A DNA stretch of 64,000 nucleotides from Vicugna vicugna (lineage: Eukaryota). The first letter of the stretch is position 1; each line of letters begins with the position of its first letter. The notes under the pieces were generated by a model. The model ran no database searches. It worked only from the letters and a program-made list of their open reading frames with translations, and was not told where the DNA came from. The stretch lies in the NCBI GenBank assembly GCA_013265495.1, contig MU058213.1, positions 1,302,001 through 1,366,000 of the forward strand, given 5' to 3'. Positions 49,365 through 61,150 of the stretch are shown here, piece after piece. The translations under genes and the position numbers were made by a program.

Positions 49365-52300
49365 TGTTAAGGTGTAGTTTACAAACAGTAGAAATCACCT
49401 TTTTACTGTATAGTTCTACAAGTTTTGACTAATGCGTAAGTCATGTTACAATCAAGATAAAACAGTTCCATCATTCCAAAAAATTTCCTTATGCCTTTTT
49501 GTAATCAAACCCTCTTCCTACTCTCAGGCGCTGGTGGCAACTGATCTGTTCTTTGACCCTATGGTTTTGCCTTTTCAAGAATATTATACAAACGGAATTA
49601 TATAGTAGGTAGCCTTCTTTCATTTAGCTGATTGCATTTAAGATTCACTCATGATGCTAAGTGTATCAGTAGTTCTCTCCTTTTCGTTGCTGTGTAGTAT
49701 TCCATTATATGGACAATTTTGTCCATTCATTCAGAAATTGAATTTCTGGTTTGCAGAGATTATGAATAAAGCTGCTATAACCATGCAAGTACAGGTTTTT
49801 GTGTGAGCATACGTTTTCATTTAACATGGATAAATGAAATGGAGTGTGATTGCTATGTCATATGGTAAGATATATTTAACTTCATAAGAAACTACCAAAC
49901 TTTTCCAAAGTGGTTGTGTCATTTTGCACTCTTATCAGCAAGGTATAAAGGTTGCAGTTATTCTGAATACTTACCAGCATTTGGCATTATCAGTTAAATT
50001 TTTTTTAGCTATTCTGATAGGCATGTCATTGTATTGTATTGTGATTTTAATTATCACTTTCCTAATGACTAATGATGTTGAGCTTCTTTTAATGTGCTTA
50101 TCGCCCATATATCTTCTTTGGTAAAGTACTGTTTAAATCTTGCCTATTTTAAATGTTTGTTTTTTTCTGCTTATCATTAAGTTTTGAGACCTTTTACTAT
50201 TTCTGTGTACAGATCCTATATCAGATATGAGATTTGCAGGTACTTTTTTACAGTCTATGGCTTATCTTTTAATTCTTATAACAGTGTCTTTTTAAGAGCC
50301 AAAATTCTTGATTTTTAAAATGTTCAATTTATCAGTCTTTTTCTTTTGTGGATTATACTTTTTCTATTGTAAATAAGGGATCTTTGCCAAACTGAAGGTC
50401 ATAAAGATTTTCTCCCTTGCTTTCTTCTCAAAGTTTCATAGTTTTAAAAAATGTTTCACAGTTAGATCTGATTCATTTTGAGATACTTTTCTACATGGTA
50501 GGAGTGCAAATTAAAGTTTATCCTTTTGCATATAGATATCCAAATATTTTCCAGTGCTATTTGGCAAAAAGACTGTATTTTCTCCATTGAGTTGTCTTTG
50601 AATCTTTGTTTGTAATCGAGTAAGTATATATATGTAGATTCCCTGTTCTGTCCCATTGATTTATATATTTATCCTTCTGCCAGTACCACACTATCTGGAT
50701 TATTGTAGCTAGATAGTGTATCTTGCAATCACGTATACCTGAGTCGTCCAACATTATTCTTTTTTTTTTGAGATTATCTTGTCCATTCTAGTTCCTTTGC
50801 CTTTCCATTTAAAATTTAACATCATCTTGTCAATTTTTACACAATATCCTAATGAGATTTTCATTGGACTTGTGTTGAATCTATAGATGAGTCTGAGGAG
50901 AATTAATATCTTAACAATATTGAGACTGTCAACCCACAAACATCATGTCTCCCTGTTTCTTTTGGTCTCTTTATTTCTTTCATCAGTATTCAGTAGTTTT
51001 CAGTGTACAGATCTTGCACAAGTTTTGTTAATTTATACTTATGCATTTCATTTTTTTTGCTATTTTAAATGGTATTATGTTTTAAATTTCTGTTTTCAGT
51101 GGTTCATTGTTATGATATAGAAAGATAATTTTTTGTGCATTGATTTTGCTCAACTCACTAGTTATAGATGCTTTTTAAAATATTTTATTTTTTAGAACAA
51201 TTTTAACTCAGCAAAATTGAGAAGAAAGTATGGAGGTTTCTCACATAACCCCTGCTCCTACACATGCATAACCTTCCCCATTAGCAACATCTCCCACCAG
51301 AGTAGTGTATTTGTTACAAAAGATGAATCTACATTGATGCATTATTATCACTCAAAGCCTATAGTTCACATTAGGGGTCATTTTTGGTGTCATAAATTCT
51401 AAGGGTTTGGACAAATGTGCAATAACATGTATCTACCATTATAGTATCATGCAGAATAGTTTCACTGTCCTAAAAATCCTCTATTCTCCATCCTGTTTAT
51501 CCTTCCCCCTCCCAACCGCTGGAAAACACTGATATTTTTACTCCACAGTTTTGCCTTTTCCAGAATGTCATGTAGTTGGAATCTTGTAGTGTGCAGCCTT
51601 TTCAGATTGGCTTCTTTCATCTGGTAATGTGCATTTACGTTTTCTCCATGTCTTTTCTTAGTTTGATAACTCATTTCTTCTTTAGTGCTGAATAATATTC
51701 CATAGTCTGGATGTACCACATTTTATTTATCCTTTCACCTACTGAAGGACATCTTGGTTGCTTCAAAGTTTTGACCATTATGAATAAAGCTGCTATAAAC
51801 ATTTGTCAGGTTTTGTGTGGACATAAGTTTTCAAATCCTTTGGGTAAATACCAAGGAGCACAATTGCTAGTTGGTATAAGAGTCTGTTTAATTTTGTAAG
51901 AAACAGACAAACTGTCTTCCAAAGTGACTGTACCATTCTGCATTCCCATTAGCAATGAATGGGAGTTCCTGTTGCTCCACATGATCACCAAATAATAACA
52001 CTTGATGTTTTCAGGCCCCAGATTTTGGTCATTCCAATGGGTGTGTAGTGGAATTATAGTTGGTTTTTGGCATATTCTTTGGGATTTTTCTACATAGACA
52101 GTTATGCCACCTATGAGGAGACAGTTTCATTTCTTCTCTTAAATATATATATATATATATATATATTTACTGTTCTATTGTGGTGGCTAGAACCTCCAGT
52201 ATGATGTTGAATATGAGTGGAGAAAGTTGACAATCTTTCTTTGGGGAACACATTTAGTCATTTGCTATTAAGTATGATGTTAGCTGTAGATATTTTGTAG

Positions 52301-53980
52301 ATGCTCTTTGTCAGGCTATAGATACTCTCTTCTATTCCTGATTTTCTGAGTGTTTTTTTTAAAATTAAGAATGGATGTTGGATTTTGACAAAAGGGTTTT
52401 TTAGCAACTGTTCAGATAACCATATGATTTTTCTTCTTTAATCTGTTGATATGGTACATTTCATCAACTGATTTTCAAATACTGAATCATCCTTACATTC
52501 CCTAAGATAAATCCCATTTGGTCATGATGAATTCTATTTTTGAAAAATGTATTGCTGATTTCAATTTTACAGACTGTTGTTGAGGACTTTTGTATGTATA
52601 TGCAATGAGGAATATTGGTTAGCAGTTCTCTCTCTGTTGAATTCTCCATCTGTTCATGCATGCTTTCCACCTTTACACTTGAGCCTTTACATATTAATCA
52701 TAATTATTTTAAATTCCATGTCTGAAAGTTCTAACATCTAAGTCATATCTGAGTATGTGTCTATTAGTGGCTTTGTCCTCTGGACAGTGTATTGTTTTTT
52801 TCCTTCTTTATGCATCCCATAGTTTTTGGTTGAAATCTGGACATCTTGTGTAGGACATTAAAGGTTGAAGTAAATATGTACGGTTAAAATGGGCATACTT
52901 CTTCTATTTTCTAAGCCCTTGGTGTGTTTATGTTTATGTGTGTACAGTTGTGTGTGTGTACATTTTTGTGTGGTGTGTGTGTATCTCTGTGTGTGAGCGA
53001 ATCTAGTCAGGAATTGATTAGGACTTTGTTGTTGCTGTGGCTATCCTCAGAACACCACAGGCTTCAAATTCTTGTAGCATGAATTTAAACTTAGATTGGG
53101 GTTAGACTTCTGCTTTTGTTCCATTTTCAGTTTTAGGCTGTCCATTGAGTTTGCACTTGAGAGACTTTCTCACACTCTTGCTTCTCTGCTGTTGCTTGCT
53201 ACTTAATTCTTGCTAGCCTGGCATTGGAAAGGTGGGATGAGGAATGTTCTGTTTTCATGATTTGGTTTCAGTCTTCGGCAGGCTCTGTGCTCCTGGCTCC
53301 TGAAGGTAGGGCCTTCTCAGTAGTCTATACCTTTCCATGTTTAAGGATCTCTAATGGTTTGGGCCTGTCATGTTTCCTGTCTCTCCCCCAGAAATAAGAG
53401 GTTTCTTCCTCTTTCTCCCAGCTGCAATGGGTCTTCACCTGTGTTCTGAGCGTAAATGAGCTTGTTGCCCTTTCCCCAAAACTGTAAGGTTTTGTTCCTT
53501 TGGGGAATACTTTGGGCAGGATTTTGTACCTATCCTGCAGTGGCAACTGCTCCACTTTACTAGCCTTGTAACATTGAGGGTGGTTTTCTCTCTCACTCTT
53601 TCCATTCTTTCTTGTGAGCAGCCAGTAAGGTCTGTAAAGAACCTGTGAATGGTTGAGGTTTTCCCTGTGTCTGTGTCTTTCCGAGATTCTATGATCTCAT
53701 GCTGGCCCACTCTCAGCCTTTAGCAATTGGTTACAAATTTTAGTTGAATTTTCCTTTATGGTGTATGGTGGCCATTTGTGCCAGGCAAATCAGTGCTTAT
53801 GTCCTGTTCTTTCTGGTGATACTTGTTTTTCTTTAGATTTCAGGCTGTGCATTTGCCCTGCAACTTCAGCTGTCATGTGGATTCAAGAAAAATTATGATT
53901 TTTAATGTTATTTGGCTTTTCCTTCATTGTGAGGATTTAGACAATATCCTTTCCAGCTTTCTATACCTTAAGTGGAAGCT
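49365..53980 (-). mobile_element. Old, internally deleted L1M (3' end, ORF2 pieces, 5' region) with nested L1MC
   Basis: ORF2-like peptides (LNIVKILILLRLIYRFNTSPMKI; IVWYWQKDKYINQWDR; IHHDQMGFIL); abrupt jump to 5'/ORF1-like sequence ~52620. Confidence 0.8.
51177..52053 (-). mobile_element. Nested L1MC-like 3' end with 15-bp TSD
   Basis: Similar to 40095-40912; TSD ttatagatgcttttt (51162-51176) vs ttatagttggttttt (52054-52068), 13/15. Confidence 0.8.
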
Positions 53981-56900
53981 GGAATTCACATATTATTGAT
54001 GAAACTTCATACCCTCTCCTGTATAGCTCCCACCTAATCCTGGTCATTTATACTTCCTATTAAATTGTTTTTAATAATTTTCTGGCCACTTTTAAAAGAA
54101 GGTCAGAATTTGACCAATCAACAAATATGTATTAAAGAGCAAGTCTGTGTCTATTAAGGTAGTAGATAGTAGATTTTAATCTGAGAGACATTTCCATTGG
54201 GTTAGTAGTGGTTGCCTGAAATGTCAAGTTGAAAAGGATTATGAGACAAATTCTAAATTTGTGTCTAATTTATGATGTCTGCATGAGCACAGGGTACCAA
54301 GGAAGAGCTCTGATGGCACCATGGCATATATGTGCTTTCCCTGATTAAGCCCTAAGGAAATGGGGAAACTATGAATGAGAAGAGTGAGAAATTAGGGAAA
54401 TGTAGATATTGTTCTTAACCAAAGGAACTTGCAGTTAAGTTGGAAAGAAATGATGTGAGCTGGTGAAACAGTTACAGACAGTATACAGTAAAAGTTTAAA
54501 ATGTACAGGTGTGTAAAGATGATAGATTTTAAGAAAGGGAAATGTCCTTATGGGCTTCAGTGATCTTAGAAGGCATATTCACCCAGGAAGAGGAACCAGA
54601 AGACCTGCCATGGCCAAGGGAGTGAGGTCAGTTCCAAGACTGTTGAGTTCTGAGTGACAGGACATCTTAAAAGTAGAAATGTCCTATGCAGAAGGAATGA
54701 GCATGGAGGAGAGTTTGGGGTGGCATTATCATCATCATCACCCCTACCACCACCAGAAAATTTATAATTAAAAGCAAAGAGAGAAGATGAGCTGATAGAG
54801 GGAGCAACTATATTTGGCGAAGTATGAAGAACTGAGAACACTCTTAGGGTTGGGGCAGAGTGGGGAGACCTATCCTTAGAAAGGAGGAAGTGAAGTTGTT
54901 GGTGAAAGAGATAGTGCTGTGAGGGCTGCACAACAGCTGACATCTCAGACTCCTATTCAGACTTCAAGGCCCATGAAAATCCCTCCTGTGTGGCTTTCTT
55001 GATTTTCTTTGGGCAGATTAGTTGTTTTCCCCTTGGTTATCCAAGCCCTATGTTCATATGTTTTGTGTAGCACTTATTACATTACATTATAGTTACGTGG
55101 GGTGTGTGTGTGTGTTTATGTGTGCCTTTTACTTTGTAAATGACTTGAAGCTTTGGGCTGTGTCTTATTCACTGCCTCTCACCATGGACTCGCATAGATA
55201 TTTGCCCACCAATTTATGCTTGAGTAATGCTTGCGAAGTTAAAATTAAAAGTGACATGCCTGGCAAGAGATCAAGAAAAACAACTTGGGTTTGACAAGAA
55301 GTAAGTGAATAGTGACTTTCAAGGGAAAAGTTTCAGGGCAGTGATAGAGACTATTCTGAAATTCTGGTTTTTGTTCTGGTTCAAGCATTTTAGAAACCAT
55401 ATAGAGGCGATTACTGCTTTGAATCATCTCACTGTAATCTTTCTACTTAAAAAATATTTACGTACACATGGAAGGTGCAGCAATTAAAAACACTAATGGA
55501 TTTCAAATTTCTCTTAAGAAATCTTGGTAACAATATAAAATTTTTTTTGACATGCTATGAGCAATTAAGTAAAAATAATTGCAAATAAATACTAATGCAT
55601 GATAGTGGAAGAATGGAACATGCTGGTTAAAGTAAGATACACAAAGGTCAAGATGGTATTCTAGAGTTAGGTTAAACCCAAAATTTTCTTCATTTTGTGG
55701 TGGTTTGACCTGAGATAATACTGTGATCAGAGGAAAGGGAGACCAACTTTTTGGAACTCCTTCAGCTTCTTCCTTGCCCACGCAACAAACTGTAGCCAAA
55801 GAAAGCATTTGTCCTTCTGTGAAAGACAAATCCCTCCACTGTGTCCTGGTTCTGTCCCCTGCAGCCTCCTCTGAGATGCACTCTAGTGATTATCTTTTCT
55901 TTCCTGTGCCTACAATCTCTCCATCTCTGTTGACTCTTTTCTCTCAAATTCAGACATGATTAAATTTCTCTCACCTTGAAAACAAGGGCCCAATCATCTT
56001 GAATATTCTGTTCTCCTCCATGTTCTCTCTCTCCTTGGCCCCCTTTCCAGTCAAATTCCTGGAAGCAGTGTCCTACACTCAATGTCTTCACTTTTAGAGA
56101 AATCACTCCTCACTGAGAAGCAGGAGATCTCATCTGTTCAGAATAATTACTTGAGTGAAGACAAGTCACTGAACTGAATAACCTCTCAGGGATATTTAAA
56201 TCTCATGGTTAAGTGATGTCAATATACTTATGAAGTTCAATGACACATTTGGATATAAAATGAATTTTAAGAACCTCAACTTAGGTAGCAACAAATGATC
56301 TTCATATATATTAAAATATGAGATTTCTAAAAATCAAAATCTTCTTGTCAGTTTAATTTTATAGCTAGAACATTGTGCCTAAACCTGAAGAGACTGACAC
56401 CTAATTCAACCGGAAATCATTATGCTCTAGACATAATGTGCTTTAACAAAAGTGCTGTTAGTTTAAGACATTTGCAATTACAAAATTAAATTAAAGGACT
56501 TGAAAAACAAACTCTTATAAGTTAATTAACGTTGGTGGTCTAAGCATATATGAGAAAGTAAATAAAATTTGCGTTTGACAAAATGATAGAGTGAAGCTAA
56601 AGGGAAGAGAGAAAGCTGTTCGCCTGAAGTGATTTCCAGCAAAAAGATACACACTTTGGGCTTTGAAGAAGGATCTTTTTATGTTTTTCAGGATCAGAAG
56701 TGCTACTGCCTGAACCAAGGTCTCAGGAGAGGGCTTCCCAACCAGAGCAGTGGAACCATGAGTAGATCTTGAAGTTCAAACACTGAGGTTCCAAATTCAT
56801 GGTTTCCACTATATCACCTCTTTGAGATTTGCTGGAATTCTCTGCAGGGAACAAGACTTAACCTTTCACTTTTTCATGTATGTTAGAAATTTTACCAAAC

Positions 56901-57004
56901 AAAACTTCTCTCCTTCCTGCCCAAGTAGTTCATGGAAGCGCAACCAGGGGTTTCTCACAAAAGGGTTTTGCTAAAATGTTTCCTGAATTATAGGAAGCTA
57001 TTGT

Positions 57005-57123
57005 GTATAGCTGTACAGACTGTACATTGAACTTCACCAAGAGGGCTGAATAACTCTATGGTCTAACTACATAGACCATGATGTTTATGGTGCCCCCTGG
57101 AGTTGTGCAACATGGTAGCCTTG
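57005..57123. mobile_element. MER91-like palindromic element with CTCF-like motif
   Basis: ggtgccccctggagttgtgca (57089-57109); internal stem atggtcta/tagaccat. Confidence 0.4.
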
Positions 57124-58424
57124 CAAAGGGTATGGAGTGGAGATTCAAATGGAGGCTAAACTTGTTAGGGTTGGGCTACTGAATGTAACTGTAAAACAAA
57201 GTTCAGATCATGGTAACTGCTTATAAGCTTTTAATTGCCATGTAGAAGGATTTTAACGACCCATAATCAACTTGATGTGGATGTTTCTTATTAATTCAAA
57301 TGAGAAGAAAAGGAAATTATTCTCAAAGGGGAACCTTGAATAGGCTGCTAGGTGTCGTGGCCTTTATCATGTATTTAGTGATCATGCACTGTGTGCCAAA
57401 TGCTGTGTTAAGCACTCTTAGATTTCTCACTGAGGTAATAGTGATGAAGTATACTAAACCTATAACAAGTTTGATTGCTTCGTGGATTTGGAAAACCATA
57501 ATAGAAGAATGACCAAAAAAAAAAAAAAGAATTATATTGAAATGTAAGGATTGAATTTGAAAAAGCATAATTTATATATGATAATCAGTTTTGTAAGAGA
57601 CACAGTTTCTTTATCTTTTCAGCATGTGCTGAAGAAGATACTTAGCTGCAGTGTAATACTTTATTTTTTTCAGAAGATGTCAAGTTGCTAAGTGAAGTAA
57701 AGTGGGCTTTTGTCCTTCTGGATACAGAAGGATAGCTGTGTGACCTCTGGAAATCCCTTTGGTTAAGCTCCATGGTTTAGTGATTCTTTGGCTCAGGACC
57801 AAACTCGCATAATGTTTAGATCATAAGAATCCAACATTAGTTTTAAATTTAGCCCAGACTTATGGAATTATTATCATCCCATCTTCAAATTCTCAAAAAG
57901 TGTGGATGATCTTTCTGCCTGAGACACAAGTTATAAGCCCATGAAGTCAACGGGAGCATAGTTTGGGATGAAAAAAATAAGACCAGCAAATTATTGTGAT
58001 ATGTTAAGTAGTTTGTGCATTGGGCAGTTATCTTTAATTGGAAAGAAGCTAATTTCTAAACAGTTTAATTTTTGAAGTATTTCTTTTTTTCCTTTTGTAG
58101 TTCTCCAGTCTAGACTTTGAAGCTGGAGAAAGCTGAGTTTGCTTCCTGACTCCAATATTCACTAGCTTTGTGATAATAATAGTAATAGTAATAACAACAA
58201 CAACAACGAATATTTTTAGAGAGCTTACTGTGTGCTAGGCACTGGGATAAGTGTTTTACACATTATTTAATTTATCCCTCACTATGAATTGGGCAATTTT
58301 TATTAACCACATTTGATAGATGAGAAAAAGAGGCTTTGAGCATACACATACCTTCTATGTGCCACTGATTTCTGGTTAGGGTTCCCTGCCTCATTACTTC
58401 TGGGTAAGGAGCAGCTTAAAGCCA

Positions 58425-58670
58425 AATAGCAGAACAGTTAAGATCTTAGGCTTTGGAGCCAGATTGCCTGGACTGAAATCTTGTCTTAGCTACTTACTAG
58501 CTGGGAAAATTATTTACACCTTTTGTGCTTCAGTTTCCTTATCTGTAAAATGGGCATGATAAGAATAGTAATTTTATTTCTTAAGATAGTAGAAAGGTTT
58601 GACTCAGAGAACAGTTGTGAAGTGTGAAGAACCTAGCATATGGGGCTTGTCCAGCAAATGTTAGCTACTG
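58425..58670 (+). mobile_element. MIR SINE (a minus-strand MIR with (TAA/CAA)n lies at ~58170-58340)
   Basis: ggctttggagccagattgcctgg...tacttactagctggg...cagtttccttatctgtaaaatgggcatgataa. Confidence 0.85.
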
Positions 58671-59569
58671 TTGTAGTAGCATACCACAGGCTGAAGGAGA
58701 GAGCATCTGAGGTTGGCCACCAGCAATTGCATGAGAACCTGGAAATTTATTTATAATAAATTGTAAATGATTGATACTTGATCAGTCTTTGATTGATGTA
58801 GACTGAGAGTGCATTGTTCAGCTGCAGTGGGAGTGAAAGAAGGTCATATATCTTGCCTGTTTTTTGTGTGTTGCTGTCCTTCTTGTCCAGGGCACCATTT
58901 GCCTATTGACTTGTTCTTTTTCTAGGCTGGTTCCATAGACCCCTTGCTCCTAGGAGTTGGGGCTCATGGAAGGTAGTCAGGAGAAGGTATAGGGGCACAG
59001 GCACATCCAAATCTGAATGACTGCTTTCTAGAGCAGAGTGTGAGGGTTGTGAGGGTAGAGGGATGAAGTGAGGGTCACCCTCTGTGTCTTCACTGATGGA
59101 TCCACATTTTTGCATGGATAAAGGCAGGTCCTAGAAGACAGTGTCTCTTACTCTTTATGAGTTGACTTTGTCCTGTTAAAGTTTAGAAAGGAGCCAAAAT
59201 GCCATCTCCAGGGCCAGAGAAGATATGTGAATGTGAGAGAGCACATTTTCCCCTGCAGAGAGACTCTGGGCTGTTACTCCTCATTCTCAGCATCCTTGTC
59301 TGAGACTCTTCCTTTATCTTTTCTCCTTTGGGCATTGAAGAGTCTCTGCTTAATCCTCTGGCTACTTTCTTGGAAATGAAAGGGACAGATGTGTGCCACT
59401 TTTCATGTCTCTGGAGATAGGAAAGAGGACAGGAGAGCACAATCTGAAGGTAAAAAAACTCTTTTTTCAGATGTCAGGATATTTCCTAAGGGTGACCTGG
59501 AGCATTTTGTGCATTGGTGGGAAATCTTCAAGTCTGTCCTAGTTGGCTGCTCAAGTGTAGAGTGTAGAG

Positions 59570-59790
59570 CAGGTCTTCTTAACTGCTGCACTATTGCCAT
59601 TTTGGGCAGGATCACCCTTTGTCATAGGAACTGTCCTGTGCATCATAGGGTATTTATCAGCATTTCTGGTCTCTACTCACTAGATGTGAGTAGAACCTCC
59701 GATGGTTGTGACAACCAGAAATGCCCTCAGATATTGGCAAATGGTATAGAGGGAGAAGCAGTCCTTGATTATTTTCTCTGAGATTACAGT
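59570..59790 (+). mobile_element. MER20 hAT-Charlie DNA transposon
   Basis: gcactattgccattttgggcagga...ctgtcctgtgcatcatagg...ctctactcactagatg...gttgtgacaaccagaaatg. Confidence 0.85.
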
Positions 59791-60954
59791 GGTTTATCAT
59801 GAAATCGACTGGCCGCTTTAGCCTGCATCTGAAAACTCACTCAACAGAATACATTCAACAGTATTTATCCAGATATTCCGCTTTCTGCACATTGAAGTTG
59901 GTTTCAATCTGAGCATGTATGTATGCGAGCATTTGTGTGTATGTATGCAAATGTGTGTGGGTGTGTGTATAATGCATACTGCTTTCTAGGAAGCACCCTA
60001 CATTCCAAGAGGTAACATGGGACCACAACTAGAGCTATCCTACCCACCCTATAGGGCTTTGGGTAAAATATAATGGGACTGTATAAACAAAAGAACAACC
60101 TATGCATTGGTTTTAGGCATTGAAATCAGGGATTGCATCATGGATGCATCCTCTTCAGTACTGAGTGCCATGTGGTCAGGGCTGGTGCCAAGTATGACTA
60201 CTTCCAGGGAATGCTAATTATGATGTCTTTATAAAAAGAAAACAAGACCATGGTCTTTCTGTAAGTTACAGGGCTCTCTACCTTTGCTCCCAAAGCATCA
60301 AAGGGCAACTCCTCTCCTTTGGAGTAAGAACTGGGGTGTAGCAGTTCTCTCTGACTGTGACACTCACAGTGGTTCAGGGTGGGTGGTATGATCAGGGAGG
60401 GGGGTTGGTAACTTGGATTGAGCCTATGGGTATAAGCTGGAGGTCTGGGTGTGGCAGGTATTCCTTGCTGTGGAGGACTAGGTCTGACCTGGGAAGCATC
60501 AGTCAAGAGGACTGCTGCCTGAGTTGGATCTAGTGGGAATGTAATTCTGGGGAGAGGAGGCAGCACCTGTATATGGAGGGAGCTGGAAGATAGGTGTAAA
60601 ACCATGCTCAGGGTGGGCATGGAGCTACAAAATCAGGCAGTCCATTTGTCCTGAGGCTGGGGGTTGGAAGAGCCTAGTAATAGTATTCCAACGTCAGAGC
60701 CAGGTAATCAGGGCTTGAGGAGGAACCAGGAAAGGTTCCTTCTTGAAAGAATCAAGAAGCTCGTTGATGGTTTTAATGAATAGAAACAAGAGCCCAAAGC
60801 ACCTTCTTGCTGAGTGCTAGGTGTCTAAGAATGGGTTCGATGGCTGGCCTAGAGGCCCAGAGATGGAACAGGTAGCCTGGAGTAGGGGCAGGACCTGGAG
60901 GAGATTTTCTACTGTGATTTTTTTGACGGCAATTCTTAGGGATGAGACCCTCAT

Positions 60955-61150
60955 ATATTCATTCAGTTGTCATTCAACAAACATTTAAGTGTCTAATATT
61001 TGTGAAGCACAGAGGTGGAAACACAGACGGTACAAGGAAGGAGAGATTTAGATTGAGCAGCTGCAAGTCTAAAGTGGATAGTGTGACATGCACACAAATC
61101 ATGGCCTTAGGAAACAGAAAGTGTTAGGGGTGTCTGGAGGAGGGAGACAT
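60955..61150 (-). mobile_element. L2 3' end
   Basis: cattcaacaaacatttaagtgtctaatatttgtgaagcac. Confidence 0.65.
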
